Shown here: one piece after another, positions 1-10,149 of the stretch
Numbering within the stretch: the stretch's first letter is position 1
Layout of the letters: the number at the start of each line of letters is the position of its first letter
Notes under the pieces: generated by a model
What the model was told of the DNA's origin: nothing
The model's input: only the letters and a program-made list of their open reading frames with translations
Databases searched by the model: none
Program-made: the position numbers and the translations under genes
From: a virus
Strand: one strand, 5' to 3'
DNA: 64,000 bases
Virus record (IMG/VR): IMGVR_UViG_3300025655_000017

Positions 1-1
1 T

Positions 2-169
2 TATTGTTTAATAGATCAATTTGACATTGAAGTAGGCACAAAAATTGATGGCGCATTAATAAAAGAATTATATAACAATAATCCGCGAAATGGAAAAATA
101 GGTTACATGATAACCTATAATTTCATGATTGATAATAAAATAGATGATTTGTTCATTGATAATAAGTAA
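2..169 (+). CDS. 3' end of hypothetical protein (truncated by window edge)
   Basis: Open frame from the window start to TAA at 167-169. Confidence 0.5.
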   Translation, partial: YCLIDQFDIEVGTKIDGALIKELYNNNPRNGKIGYMITYNFMIDNKIDDLFIDNK

Positions 170-422
170 AATAATATGGAATACTTTAGTGATTATAAGC
201 TTTTTATAAAAAGTGTAAAAGATTTAACTCTTTAAAATGCTTCTGTACATAAATTGACAAAGCGGTTATTATTATTTTTTCAGCCCGACCGTTCCATCAT
301 CAAATAATAATGGGGTGTAATCTGCGGAAAGATTAGTATACAAGGAATAAGTTGAATCAGTTATTTCAAAATCTTCTTTTAATAAACCTATGTTTGTATG
401 TTCTGAAAGATATATTATCATT

Positions 423-1160
423 TTAATTATTACTTATAGCTTTAAAATCTTTTGTTTCTCTTTCTACATTTTTATATTTATCTTCACCTGTTTTGGGGAC
501 TAATTTTTTGTTTACTATATGATAATTATCATCGTCTATTTCGCCTAAATTGGTATAATCAAAACCATGTAGAATTGCTATTTTTTGTACGGGGAATTTA
601 CCATAAACTGTTGCATATGCTGCTTGCCCCACCACTTCTGTAAAAAGTGCGGGGATTGCTAAGTTAGGGGCTAATTTAGCATGAACATTAAATGCTGCAA
701 TTTCACCTTTACCCCCAAAACCAACGTTTGCTTGTATGTGAGTTAAATAATCATGGATTGTTCGCATAACAATATTATCCTCAACGGAAAATATCGGATG
801 CTCAGAATAATCTATATTTATTTTAAGTATACCTGTTTTTTGTACCTCTGATTTCATTTCAGGCTGTGTTTGATAGGGTTGACCTCCCTTTATATATTTG
901 ACATCAAATTTTCGACCTAAGATATTAAATGTTTTACCCTCATATGATTTATGTTCACTGACAAATAAAACATTAACTTTTGATAATAATCTTTTAAATA
1001 ACGTATAATTTGAATTTTTTAATGAATCCCAATGTTTTTTAGCTCCGGGTTCTAATTCGGGGGCTTCCTCATAAGCTTTTGCAATTAATTCTAGATATTG
1101 AGAATAGTCACTTAACATCATTTTTTCACCTAATAGATTTTCATTTATATATATTATCAT
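423..1160 (-). CDS. hypothetical phage protein with N-terminal tag (MIIYINE); possible metal-binding HDYxxH
   Basis: 245 aa ORF, upstream CACTATTTAT motif, N-terminus shared with 49479. Confidence 0.75.
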   Translation of the reverse strand: MIIYINENLLGEKMMLSDYSQYLELIAKAYEEAPELEPGAKKHWDSLKNSNYTLFKRLLSKVNVLFVSEHKSYEGKTFNILGRKFDVKYIKGGQPYQTQPEMKSEVQKTGILKINIDYSEHPIFSVEDNIVMRTIHDYLTHIQANVGFGGKGEIAAFNVHAKLAPNLAIPALFTEVVGQAAYATVYGKFPVQKIAILHGFDYTNLGEIDDDNYHIVNKKLVPKTGEDKYKNVERETKDFKAISNN

Positions 1161-1266
1161 AATATAAAACTTTAAAATAAATAGTGTAATGGAACAGTAT
1201 TTTAATGCATATTTTATAATAAATAAATTATCAGTAATTTTATCTCCTTATTTGAAAAATCAAAAT

Positions 1267-1605
1267 ATGAATAGATATTTGATAAATAATTCATATGATA
1301 ACTTTATGATTATAACTGCTTATGTTTCGAATGAAATAAATAAGATAGAAGAAAATAAAAAAAAGAATAAATTATTAAAAAAAGATATAAAAACTTATAA
1401 ATATTTTAAATGCTATGGAGCAGATAAAATAATAAATTATAAACATAGAGAGGATTCATTTATTGTATTTAATATCTCTAAACAGTATTCTTTAGAGTTA
1501 TGCGAAAAATATAAACAAGATTGTATACTGTGGGGAGAAAAAAATAAATTCCCTATTTTATTAGATAGATTTGGCAATGATTTGGCAGATATTAAAATAG
1601 TATAA
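1267..1605 (+). CDS. DUF3293-like hypothetical protein
   Basis: IITAY and KYKQDCILW motifs; internal ATG preferred over 1189. Confidence 0.5.
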   Translation: MNRYLINNSYDNFMIITAYVSNEINKIEENKKKNKLLKKDIKTYKYFKCYGADKIINYKHREDSFIVFNISKQYSLELCEKYKQDCILWGEKNKFPILLDRFGNDLADIKIV

Positions 1606-1712
1606 AAGGAATAAAATTAAACCAATAATTATTTGTTATTTTAAAAGTTTATCAGTATCTTTACAGTATCGAAAAACTTATTTTATTTATTTAACCGATA
1701 AAAAAATTTAAC

Positions 1713-2393
1713 ATGTACAAAAAATTAAAAAGAATTTCACTTGACGATTTTGTTAAGATGTTTGAGGATGAAAAAGCTTCATCTAGAAAATATAATTGGA
1801 TAAAATTAATTAATTCAAGTAAACTTGTATGTCCTGTCAGTAGAGTAAAGGTATCTTACTGTAGTTATGATCAAAAAGAATCTGGAAGTTTGCATTATAA
1901 TTTTTATAGTGAAGATGAACTGTTATTTACTATTGATCACATAATCCCTTTATCTAAGGGAGGTACAAATGACATTGAGAATATTTGTCCGATGTTGGCA
2001 GAGTATAATTTTGCCAAAGTAGATGAGTTAACTGATATTATTAAAAATAGAAAAGAATATATTACTTGTGCGGCTATCTATTATCCAGAGATAGATTTAA
2101 GTGATGTTAGAAGTTCAATTAGTTATCCAAGCAATATTCAACAAGGCATTGTAGTTACTGGACATCGACACTCTAATTGTATAAACACAATGCTTGTTTT
2201 AAGAGGTATACGTTCAGTAGAGAGGTCTAATGACCCCAATGAAATAGTTACGGGGTGTTCTATTCAAGGATTTATGACTTCTAATAATAGGTTTGTTAAT
2301 AGAAAAGAAGCTGCCATAATAGCTTTAGCTGCGAAACAAATAGATGTTCTTAATTATAGTAAGACAGAATTATATAGTGAAGATTTATATTAA
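1713..2393 (+). CDS. HNH endonuclease domain fused to a conserved phage domain
   Basis: TIDHIIPLSKGGTNDIENICPM..YN HNH motif; C-terminal GHRH..C/QGF..RFV.R.EA/LYSEDLY domain. Confidence 0.75.
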   Translation: MYKKLKRISLDDFVKMFEDEKASSRKYNWIKLINSSKLVCPVSRVKVSYCSYDQKESGSLHYNFYSEDELLFTIDHIIPLSKGGTNDIENICPMLAEYNFAKVDELTDIIKNRKEYITCAAIYYPEIDLSDVRSSISYPSNIQQGIVVTGHRHSNCINTMLVLRGIRSVERSNDPNEIVTGCSIQGFMTSNNRFVNRKEAAIIALAAKQIDVLNYSKTELYSEDLY

Positions 2394-2495
2394 GATTAAC
2401 TCATCAAAAGAAAAAGCTATTAATGATAGTCTAAATTTGTTGTGAAAAATTTTATTACTTATGTTTTTAAGTTTCTTTATAAAAAAATAAAATAA

Positions 2496-2735
2496 ATGAA
2501 AAAGTTAATAGGAAAGATTATGGCTAGACTCAGTAAAAAAACATTATTAGTTATAACTGATAGTAATTGTGAATCACAGCAAGATAATAATGGGGATTTA
2601 GTTCCGCTTATTTGGATGATTGAAAATTTAAAAAGAAGAGAAGGTGGTTGCACAATGAATGAACTTGTTGTAGAAGCAAAAAGAAATTTTGAAGGAATAG
2701 AACAAATTAAACAGATTACTATTCATTCAACATAA
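2496..2735 (+). CDS. hypothetical protein
   Basis: 79 aa ORF in co-directional run. Confidence 0.6.
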   Translation: MKKLIGKIMARLSKKTLLVITDSNCESQQDNNGDLVPLIWMIENLKRREGGCTMNELVVEAKRNFEGIEQIKQITIHST

Positions 2736-2759
2736 TTTACAAACAAAACAAACCTTAAT

Positions 2760-2987
2760 ATGATAGACAAGCAAGTAGAAATCTATTTTAATAGTGAACA
2801 GGTAGCGGATAAGATAGATTTAGATATATTTTATCTGACTCAATTTATGAAAAACATAGAAGATTCAGAGATTGACTGGGAAAGTTCATCTTTATGTTAT
2901 CCTCATAAAGAATGTTTCATGGCTCATCAATGGGGTTTAACCTATAGTTATGATGGGCAGGATTTTACTTATAAAAATGATATGTAA
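2760..2987 (+). CDS. hypothetical protein
   Basis: 75 aa ORF. Confidence 0.6.
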   Translation: MIDKQVEIYFNSEQVADKIDLDIFYLTQFMKNIEDSEIDWESSSLCYPHKECFMAHQWGLTYSYDGQDFTYKNDM

Positions 2988-3017
2988 TTTATCATAAAAA
3001 ACCCTATTTTTTTTAAA

Positions 3018-3497
3018 ATGGTTATTATATTAGAAAGTGAATTAGAAATGCTTGGTTATCATTGCACAAAAAGAGAACTCAACGGTGATTTCCAAGGCGA
3101 TATAAGCGGTGAGTATACCGCCCGATTTTTAAGATCATTTATAGATATTATTAAAAGTAATCATCTATATAATGAGTTTAAAAATTTATTAAAAGAGGAG
3201 AATGATTTCTACGAAGAGGAGGATCAAAATGAAAAAATAATAGATATAGATCATTTAATAGATGAATTACCTATTTATGAATATGAACAAGAAGCATATG
3301 ATGTTATAGCAGCTATTTTTGATAATTTAAGTTTAAATATTATTTTTACAAATGATTCACCATTGAAACAATATGGTGAATTTTGTTATAAAGTTAGAGT
3401 GCTTAATAGAAATTATGTTCGTGCAGAAGATGGAGGTGAAATATTAGCAAACGTATATATCATTTGGAATAAAACAAATAAATTTATATTATCTTAA
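3018..3497 (+). CDS. N-terminally tagged (MVIILES) acidic protein, possible ADP-ribosyltransferase-like fold
   Basis: GYHCT strand-1 motif, IFT..P...YG..CYKV. Confidence 0.55.
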   Translation: MVIILESELEMLGYHCTKRELNGDFQGDISGEYTARFLRSFIDIIKSNHLYNEFKNLLKEENDFYEEEDQNEKIIDIDHLIDELPIYEYEQEAYDVIAAIFDNLSLNIIFTNDSPLKQYGEFCYKVRVLNRNYVRAEDGGEILANVYIIWNKTNKFILS

Positions 3498-3498
3498 T

Positions 3499-4263
3499 AT
3501 GTTATTTTTTATAGACGAAGCATTAGAAAAAAGAGTTATAGGTTATTATTCTACTGATAAAGAATATAAGGCGGGTGATATTGTAACAATTGAGAGAAAT
3601 ATTGAAAATCACAAACATTGGCCATTAAGAAAAAAGATATTGGAAAAATGTTTTGAATTAGTTAGATCAGGGATGTTCCCTAAAAAAAATAGTAGATTAA
3701 AATGTATATTTGTTAATCCCACAAAAAAAAATAGATTTAGCAGAATAGCATCTAAAACGTATGTCGTTGAAATATTAGGAGAACGTAATTATGTTGATTC
3801 TATGTTAGTCGATGATTTAATGGATAATATATCAGATACTGTTGATTTAGATAAAGCAAGGGAATTAGCAGTTGATAATTTAGATATAATAAGAGCTTAC
3901 TGGGAAGGTAAAATAAATAATCGCTCCGATGTTGAAATTTTATGCGAACGAGTAAAGATTATAGAAAAAGCAGATTATGATATTTCTAAGGGAGATATTA
4001 TTCAATTAAAAAAAGAACAAGAGGTAATTTATTATACTGCAACAAATGAATATAAAAAATATAAGTATACAGATTATGATGATCTGGGGACAGACATATT
4101 TAAAAAAGTAAAACTACCAAGAGGGACAAAAATTCATATTGATTATTTACCTAAACGAAATGGTAAAAAATATCATTTAAGTGGATATATAATTGGTAAT
4201 AAAAATAGGGATATTATATCTTTTGATATTGATCTAAATGATGTGATAGTAGAGAAGTCCTAG
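3499..4263 (+). CDS. DUF2441-like (ART-fold) protein with N-terminal tag (MLFFIDE)
   Basis: LEKCFELVR..FP.K.SRLKCIF and YWEG..EIL motifs. Confidence 0.55.
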   Translation: MLFFIDEALEKRVIGYYSTDKEYKAGDIVTIERNIENHKHWPLRKKILEKCFELVRSGMFPKKNSRLKCIFVNPTKKNRFSRIASKTYVVEILGERNYVDSMLVDDLMDNISDTVDLDKARELAVDNLDIIRAYWEGKINNRSDVEILCERVKIIEKADYDISKGDIIQLKKEQEVIYYTATNEYKKYKYTDYDDLGTDIFKKVKLPRGTKIHIDYLPKRNGKKYHLSGYIIGNKNRDIISFDIDLNDVIVEKS

Positions 4264-4305
4264 TTTAATAAACGTTTCACTATATTTATATTTAAATAAA
4301 AAATA

Positions 4306-6555
4306 ATGAAAAATTTATTATTATCATTGTTGTGTATTTTATTTTCTGTTAGTTTGTTTTCACAGAATTTATTTACAAAAATACCAACAGTCAAAGTACT
4401 TGATTTAACAAAGTACGAAGTTTTAGCTATAAATAATAGTGTTTTAGATCAGATTAAGGAACAATCTAAAGATGATTTAGCAATGGTTATCCCATTTGAT
4501 AATTACTATTTAGATTTAATTCTTACTAAAGACGACATTGAATTACCAATGATAAAAACTTCTTCTGGTAAGTCAGTGTTAGTTGATGATTTACAGGCAT
4601 ATTCAGGTATTGTTGCAAATGATCCATTGTCGGCTGCAAATATTTATTTTCTGGATGGTGAAGTTATGGGGATTGTTACAAGAGGAGAAGAAAGAATTGT
4701 TCTTCAAAAACAGGATGCAAATTATATTGTTTTTGAAGATAAGAATGTTTTTAAAAATGAACCTTTTACTTGTGGCACCAACACTGATGGTATAACAGTT
4801 CAAAATTTAATAACAGAGTTTGCAGTAAGTGATGTATGTACAAAAGTATATCTTGAGGTTGATAATGATATTTTCAAGCAAAAAGGTAGTGTAGCCAATA
4901 CAGCTAAATATATTACAAGTTTGTTTGATCAAGTAAAACAACTTTATGCAAATGATGGCTTGAAAATTGCCATATCTGAAATGTTTATCTGGGATACTCC
5001 CAGCCCTTATGTTACAGGGGGTAGTGGTGAAATGTTGACACAATTTTATAATTATCGAACAGATTATAATGGTGACGTGGCACAATTACTTTCTTATAAA
5101 TCTAGTGGAGGTATTGCGTTTGTTGATGTTTTATGCAATACCAATAAAAAGGTAAAAACTTCTTTTTGTTCTATTCAATCTACATACTTAAATGTTCCAA
5201 CATATTCATGGTCAGTTATGGTTATGGCACACGAGTTAGGACATAATTTTGGATCACCCCATACACATGATTGTGCATGGAACGGAAATAATACAGCGAT
5301 AGATAATTGTGTTCAAACAAACTGTGCATCAAATGGCATTCCTTCAGCAGGTGGAACAATAATGAGTTATTGCCATTTAAACAGTGTAGGGATTAATTTT
5401 AGATTAGGTTTTGGTGAACAACCCTCTAACCTTATGAGAAGCCGTGTAGCCAGTGCTAATTGTTTAACCGTGTGTGATAACGGTGGAGGTGGCGATAATC
5501 CACCACAAGACACCTCTGGGCTTAATGAGTTAAGATTTACACTTAAATTAGATACTTATAGTCCAGAAATTTCATGGCAGTTAGTTGGTACAGATAAAAA
5601 GGTTTTCTACGAAGGAAAAAACTATAATAAAACACAGGCAAATCTTTATGTTTTAGATACTTTCTTTTTACCTAGTGGATGTTATTCTTTAATTGTTTTG
5701 GATTCATATGGTGATGGACTTTGCTGTAAGTATGGGAGTGGTTTTTATTCTCTGAAAAGCTTAGATGATAAAGTTTTAGCTTTTGGTAATGAATTTGGTA
5801 AAACTTCTGAGACAAGTTTTTGTCTTGAAGGGGCTAAAGAAGAATGTTTAATTAATTTTAATGAAAATAAGCTTTTTTCTTATGGTACTAACCAAGATGC
5901 AGGTACAGTTGAAATTATTGAAAATGGATATGGCATTATGTTGAAAGATAATGCTTGGAAAGCAATTGATTCAAAATATAACATGACAAATAACACTATG
6001 CTTAGTTTTGAATTTAAATCTAGCATAGAAGGAGAAATTCACGGTATTGGACTAGATGACAACGATATTATTTCATCTAATTTAACATTTAAAGTATTTG
6101 GTACACAAAATTGGGGTATTTTAAATTTTGATAATTATGTACTCAATCAAGAATATCGTTATTATGAAATTCCCATCGGGAAATATTATGTATTGAATGC
6201 TTCAAAATTGTTTTTTGTAGCTGATCAAGATGGTGGGACAAGAAATGGTAATTCATATTTCAAAAATGTCCGACTATACGAAGCGGGTGACTGCAATGTT
6301 GCTAACCCTACATCTAACATTGTAGAAAATAAAGTGGCAATAACAATTGATTCTAAAATTATGACTGTAAGTTTTTCTAATTTACAACATGATATTTTAT
6401 ATACAATCTTTGACGAAAAGAATTATATTACTGAAACAGGTGTTGTTAACAGTGAAAACTTTAAAGTTGATTTAAACGAATATCAACAAGGAGAATATAA
6501 GTTTGTTGTAACAAATTACGGTCTTGTCACAGAAAAGAATTTTACTATTGAGTAA
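4306..6555 (+). CDS. secreted M12B/reprolysin-like zinc metalloprotease with accessory beta-domains
   Basis: Signal peptide, propeptide Cys (FTCG), HELGHNFGSPH zinc motif, Met-turn TIMSY, degenerate T9SS-like C-terminus. Confidence 0.88.
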   Translation: MKNLLLSLLCILFSVSLFSQNLFTKIPTVKVLDLTKYEVLAINNSVLDQIKEQSKDDLAMVIPFDNYYLDLILTKDDIELPMIKTSSGKSVLVDDLQAYSGIVANDPLSAANIYFLDGEVMGIVTRGEERIVLQKQDANYIVFEDKNVFKNEPFTCGTNTDGITVQNLITEFAVSDVCTKVYLEVDNDIFKQKGSVANTAKYITSLFDQVKQLYANDGLKIAISEMFIWDTPSPYVTGGSGEMLTQFYNYRTDYNGDVAQLLSYKSSGGIAFVDVLCNTNKKVKTSFCSIQSTYLNVPTYSWSVMVMAHELGHNFGSPHTHDCAWNGNNTAIDNCVQTNCASNGIPSAGGTIMSYCHLNSVGINFRLGFGEQPSNLMRSRVASANCLTVCDNGGGGDNPPQDTSGLNELRFTLKLDTYSPEISWQLVGTDKKVFYEGKNYNKTQANLYVLDTFFLPSGCYSLIVLDSYGDGLCCKYGSGFYSLKSLDDKVLAFGNEFGKTSETSFCLEGAKEECLINFNENKLFSYGTNQDAGTVEIIENGYGIMLKDNAWKAIDSKYNMTNNTMLSFEFKSSIEGEIHGIGLDDNDIISSNLTFKVFGTQNWGILNFDNYVLNQEYRYYEIPIGKYYVLNASKLFFVADQDGGTRNGNSYFKNVRLYEAGDCNVANPTSNIVENKVAITIDSKIMTVSFSNLQHDILYTIFDEKNYITETGVVNSENFKVDLNEYQQGEYKFVVTNYGLVTEKNFTIE

Positions 6556-6573
6556 ATTTCTTTTTTCTTAATA

Positions 6574-6610
6574 AAAAACTCCCAGTAAATTGTTTTTATT
6601 GGGAGTTTTT
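6574..6610 (+). terminator. intrinsic terminator
   Basis: AAAAACTCCCA..TGGGAGTTTTT hairpin after the protease gene. Confidence 0.75.
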
Positions 6611-6762
6611 ATATTTTTTAAATTTCAAAAATATATATTTCTTTTATAGAGAAGGAATGTAATTTTTGTCCGAAAAAAGTGATAAATCATAATATTTAAA
6701 GAAAAAATTTGTATTTCTAAATATTTTTACATATTTTTGTTTTTTTTAAAGCAATATTTCAT

Positions 6763-7101
6763 ATGGAACTCACAGTAGGAATTATATTAGCGGAAAATAA
6801 CAAAATGTTATTAGTACATCCCACTGGGGCGAATTTTTGGAATATTCCTAAAGGAATACAGGAAGATGGTGAAACAGATTGGGTTACTGCGAAAAGAGAG
6901 TTGCATGAAGAAACTAATATTAATTTAGCTGATTATAACTATTCCATAATAAAAGAATCAGCTTTTTATAAATATAAAAAAAGATCAAAATACGCAAAAG
7001 CATTTTTGGTTATTTTAAATGAAAAAATAAAAAGAGAATTAAAATGTAATACATTTTTTGACAATTTTGACAAGGGTAATATTATTGCCACCCATGATTG
7101 A
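6763..7101 (+). CDS. NUDIX hydrolase (possibly C-terminally truncated)
   Basis: Nudix box PKG.QE.GET..VTAKRELHEET. Confidence 0.85.
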   Translation: MELTVGIILAENNKMLLVHPTGANFWNIPKGIQEDGETDWVTAKRELHEETNINLADYNYSIIKESAFYKYKKRSKYAKAFLVILNEKIKRELKCNTFFDNFDKGNIIATHD

Positions 7102-7265
7102 ATTATTTAATTAGTTAACTTCTGATGTACAGCATCAGATTTTAGAACTAATAAAATCAGATATTATAACTGTGTTATAACAGTTGGAAGAAAAAAAACT
7201 TTCAAAACCAATTGATTATGAACAACATTTAGAAACAATTAATAATTTAATAAAAACTTGTAAAA

Positions 7266-7544
7266 ATGAATTCATATCCAAACTTGGAAATTAGCTTAGA
7301 AGATCAATTGAATATTTGGGAAAAAGTTAATAAATGTAAAACATAAAAAGAGTTATCTGATATTATCTTAGAATTATCAGATAATACGGGTGCCATCAAG
7401 GGGAAATCATATTCTCATAATGCAGAGGTGATGGCACAAGAATGCCTTAATTTTTCACCAATCAACTATAATTCACTTACAAGAAAACATGGAATTAGAG
7501 CACAGGCAATGCTCATTTATTACTATAACCAAAAGAATAATTAA
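7266..7544 (+). pseudogene. 92-codon phage ORF interrupted by in-frame TAA at 7344
   Basis: MNSYPNLE..KCKT*KELSDIIL..TRKHGIRAQAM continues in the same frame. Confidence 0.55.
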
Positions 7545-7596
7545 ATTGCTTGTATTATTAACATATTTAACTTATCTTTGTAAAAAAAATAACTAT

Positions 7597-8037
7597 ATGA
7601 ACATTTTAAAAAATTTGTTTTGTTCTTCAATCCAAAAAGAACTTGAAAATACTAAGCGTAAATTAGAATTGGTAACAAGTAATTATAATACTTTTATAGT
7701 TGCAGTAACGCAAAATCGAGATTTATCATCACAGAGAAATGTTGAAACATTAATTGATGCCGCAACTGAACAAGTAGATAGAACATCATTGAGTATCTAT
7801 GACTTTAAAAGTTGTATTCACTTACAAGTAGAAACCCTATTGTATCAGAATAGCTTAAAGAACCCTGTACAAAAAGAACTTCAACGACAAATTCAATTGT
7901 TGACTATGATGATGCAAATGGCAAAAAAAATTAATATGTCATTTTTCGATGATGACAATGCTTATGACATATATACTACTTTCGATGGAGATGTTGATAA
8001 ATGGTTATTCAACTTAAATATGGTAGTAGGGGAATAA
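7597..8037 (+). CDS. hypothetical protein
   Basis: ATG just downstream of a TATCTTTG promoter; start revised from 7489. Confidence 0.65.
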   Translation: MNILKNLFCSSIQKELENTKRKLELVTSNYNTFIVAVTQNRDLSSQRNVETLIDAATEQVDRTSLSIYDFKSCIHLQVETLLYQNSLKNPVQKELQRQIQLLTMMMQMAKKINMSFFDDDNAYDIYTTFDGDVDKWLFNLNMVVGE

Positions 8038-8042
8038 TAAAA

Positions 8043-8119
8043 GGGGGAAAGCACCAAAGACACCCGCACGTCGGTTGGTGAAGGGCAAACAGCGGGCTAG
8101 TGCCCTGAAAGCTTCCCCC
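8043..8119 (+). ncRNA. GC-rich three-way-junction RNA with complementary (kissing) loops
   Basis: GGGGG-AAGC/GCTT-CCCCC, ACCAA/TTGGT, AGGGCA/TGCCCT; loops contain CCCGC and GCGGG. Confidence 0.6.
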
Positions 8120-8147
8120 ATTTTTTAATTTAATTAAAACATTTTTT

Positions 8148-8384
8148 ATGGAAACTGCTCTTATAGAAGAATTTCTTCAGAAAAAAAATGAATTTGAACA
8201 ACCCGAAGCAAATCTCTATAATCATTATAAACAAATAGTTTTAGAGAAATTAAAAACTGTAAAATGCGTAGAAGATATTATAGATATAAAAGAATTATTA
8301 AGGGTGGTTCCTTACTGTGCATCGAAAGTTCTTTTATTTAGAATGCTTATTTTAGCAGAAGAAAAATATAAAAATAACTTATGA
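8148..8384 (+). CDS. hypothetical protein
   Basis: 78 aa ORF overlapping the next gene. Confidence 0.6.
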   Translation: METALIEEFLQKKNEFEQPEANLYNHYKQIVLEKLKTVKCVEDIIDIKELLRVVPYCASKVLLFRMLILAEEKYKNNL

Positions 8385-8587
8385 AAAATAATAAAACATT
8401 GCAAAAAGTCAGTGCTACTAAAGATGATAGTGGCCATTGGTATGTTATTCCTGATGGAATGCTTAGTGAATTTAGATCAGATGAAGATAATGCCTCTATG
8501 GTAGATAGTGGCCAATTTGATGATAAATGGGGAGGTTATAGAACTGGGGGAGATATAAATAAAGTACAACTATGGGCAGAAATTTAA
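8381..8587 (+). CDS. hypothetical phage protein (DDSGHWYVIP motif)
   Basis: 68 aa ORF overlapping both neighbours. Confidence 0.65.
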   Translation: MKNNKTLQKVSATKDDSGHWYVIPDGMLSEFRSDEDNASMVDSGQFDDKWGGYRTGGDINKVQLWAEI

Positions 8588-8955
8588 ATATCACAAGTGA
8601 GGTATTAGATGGACTAGGATTTTCAGAATATTGGGATGAACATGAAATATGGGGAACAAGAACTTTTGTTTTTTCTAATGGGCAGCATTTTAGAATTATA
8701 GAACAAGAAGCAATAGACGATGACTCAGATGGTTATTCATTAGATGGTCAATATGTGGCTAATCATTTTTATTTTGGTGGATGGATGGCATGGCCTAAAA
8801 TAGATAAAGGGAAATATGATTTATTTTTCCTACATGAAATGTATGATTGTTTAAAAGAATGTTACCCTGATTGTTTAGAAGAATTTGTTTCTATTTGCAA
8901 AAATGTAAAAATGGGTAAATATATAGATGATTATCTAGAAAGAAAAGTAGTTTAA
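8572..8955 (+). CDS. hypothetical protein
   Basis: 127 aa ORF. Confidence 0.65.
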   Translation: MGRNLNITSEVLDGLGFSEYWDEHEIWGTRTFVFSNGQHFRIIEQEAIDDDSDGYSLDGQYVANHFYFGGWMAWPKIDKGKYDLFFLHEMYDCLKECYPDCLEEFVSICKNVKMGKYIDDYLERKVV

Positions 8956-9148
8956 AAATATAGTAAACACTACATGTCTAATTTTTCAAAACATTGTATG
9001 TTACAATTATTAACTAAGCGTAATGGAGATGGACTAGCTGAAATTAGTAGCCTTGATTTAGCAAGGATTAAAAACATTTTAGATGAATCTTCTCTTGATT
9101 ATTGGCCAATAAATAATTTGCCATTTCATATTAAACTCTAATTAAATT

Positions 9149-9631
9149 ATGAAATACATAAAAGGTGATATTGTAAAGCTTTTTAACGAAGGTAATTATA
9201 GGATTCTTATACATGGAGCTAATTGTCAACAAAAGATGGGTAATGGCGTGGCTAAGGCATTAAAAAACAAATGGCCACAAATCTATGATGCTGACCTAAA
9301 TTATAATCCCGATAAGAAACCTTTTGAAAGATTGGGGGATTATTCATATGCAGTAGTAGATATAAACAATACCAGAAAAGTTATCATTAATGCATATACT
9401 CAGTTATACTATGGCAACGATGGCAAGCGATATGTTTCGTATGATGCAATAGATCAAGTTTTTGAGAAATTGAAGAATTATTTCATAAAACACAACATAA
9501 CTGATAAAAAAATAATTATACCTAAGATAGGATCAAAATTAGGTGGAGGTAATTGGGATGTTATTGCAGCAATTATAGATAATCACATGAAAGATTATGA
9601 TTTAACAGTTGTAGAGTTTGATGAAAACTAG
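9149..9631 (+). CDS. Macro domain protein (ADP-ribose processing)
   Basis: GDI..HGANC..MG.GVAK, NAYTQ, PKIGS.LGGGNW. Confidence 0.9.
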   Translation: MKYIKGDIVKLFNEGNYRILIHGANCQQKMGNGVAKALKNKWPQIYDADLNYNPDKKPFERLGDYSYAVVDINNTRKVIINAYTQLYYGNDGKRYVSYDAIDQVFEKLKNYFIKHNITDKKIIIPKIGSKLGGGNWDVIAAIIDNHMKDYDLTVVEFDEN

Positions 9632-9636
9632 CGAAC

Positions 9637-9894
9637 ATGAAAAAACAATTAATATATTTATATCGAAAATATTTTATGGGTAAAACAATTATCTTTTTAA
9701 AAAACAATTGTAAAAATCCTATGGATGTTTTCATAGCTTTAAAAAAAATGATTCAAGATGTAAAGTTTTTTGGGTTCTTTGATTATTTTTTTATAGGAAC
9801 AATAAGTTTTTTTATGGGGAGAATATTATATTATAATCAATATATGGTTCTTTTTTTTTTATTTATATTTTTATCAACTGATTTTTATCACTAA
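9637..9894 (+). CDS. putative membrane protein
   Basis: Hydrophobic C-terminal half. Confidence 0.5.
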   Translation: MKKQLIYLYRKYFMGKTIIFLKNNCKNPMDVFIALKKMIQDVKFFGFFDYFFIGTISFFMGRILYYNQYMVLFFLFIFLSTDFYH

Positions 9895-9908
9895 TTAAAA
9901 AATAAACG

Positions 9909-10124
9909 ATGAATGATCTTGCAGAAAAGTTAAAATATGAGGTTGTTAATAAATTAATGAAGAATGAACAATTAGTAGGTGAACTTTGTTTAGTTCAGGG
10001 TAAAAAATCATTCACCAGAAGAGAAATAGCAAATGAAATAAAAGAAAACTCTGAGTGGGGAATCACCTTTCTTGGTAACATATTAATGTTAGCTATTGAA
10101 ATAATGGCATCTGAAAAAGAATAA
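9909..10124 (+). CDS. hypothetical protein
   Basis: 71 aa ORF. Confidence 0.6.
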   Translation: MNDLAEKLKYEVVNKLMKNEQLVGELCLVQGKKSFTRREIANEIKENSEWGITFLGNILMLAIEIMASEKE

Positions 10125-10149
10125 CAGAGAGAAACAACAAATTATAATC

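Noticed and set aside
4583-5085. Short ORFs nested in or antisense to long genes (e.g. 452, 4583, 4603, 4807, 10089, 21782, 24342, 25991, 27659, 33268, 44816, 52205)
   Set aside because: They overlap well-supported CDSs and have no motifs or independent expression signals.
8043-8119. Hammerhead or HDV-like (theta) ribozyme
   Set aside because: No CUGANGA core; an HDV-type P2/P3 can only be built with mismatches, and the kissing-loop model explains more pairs.
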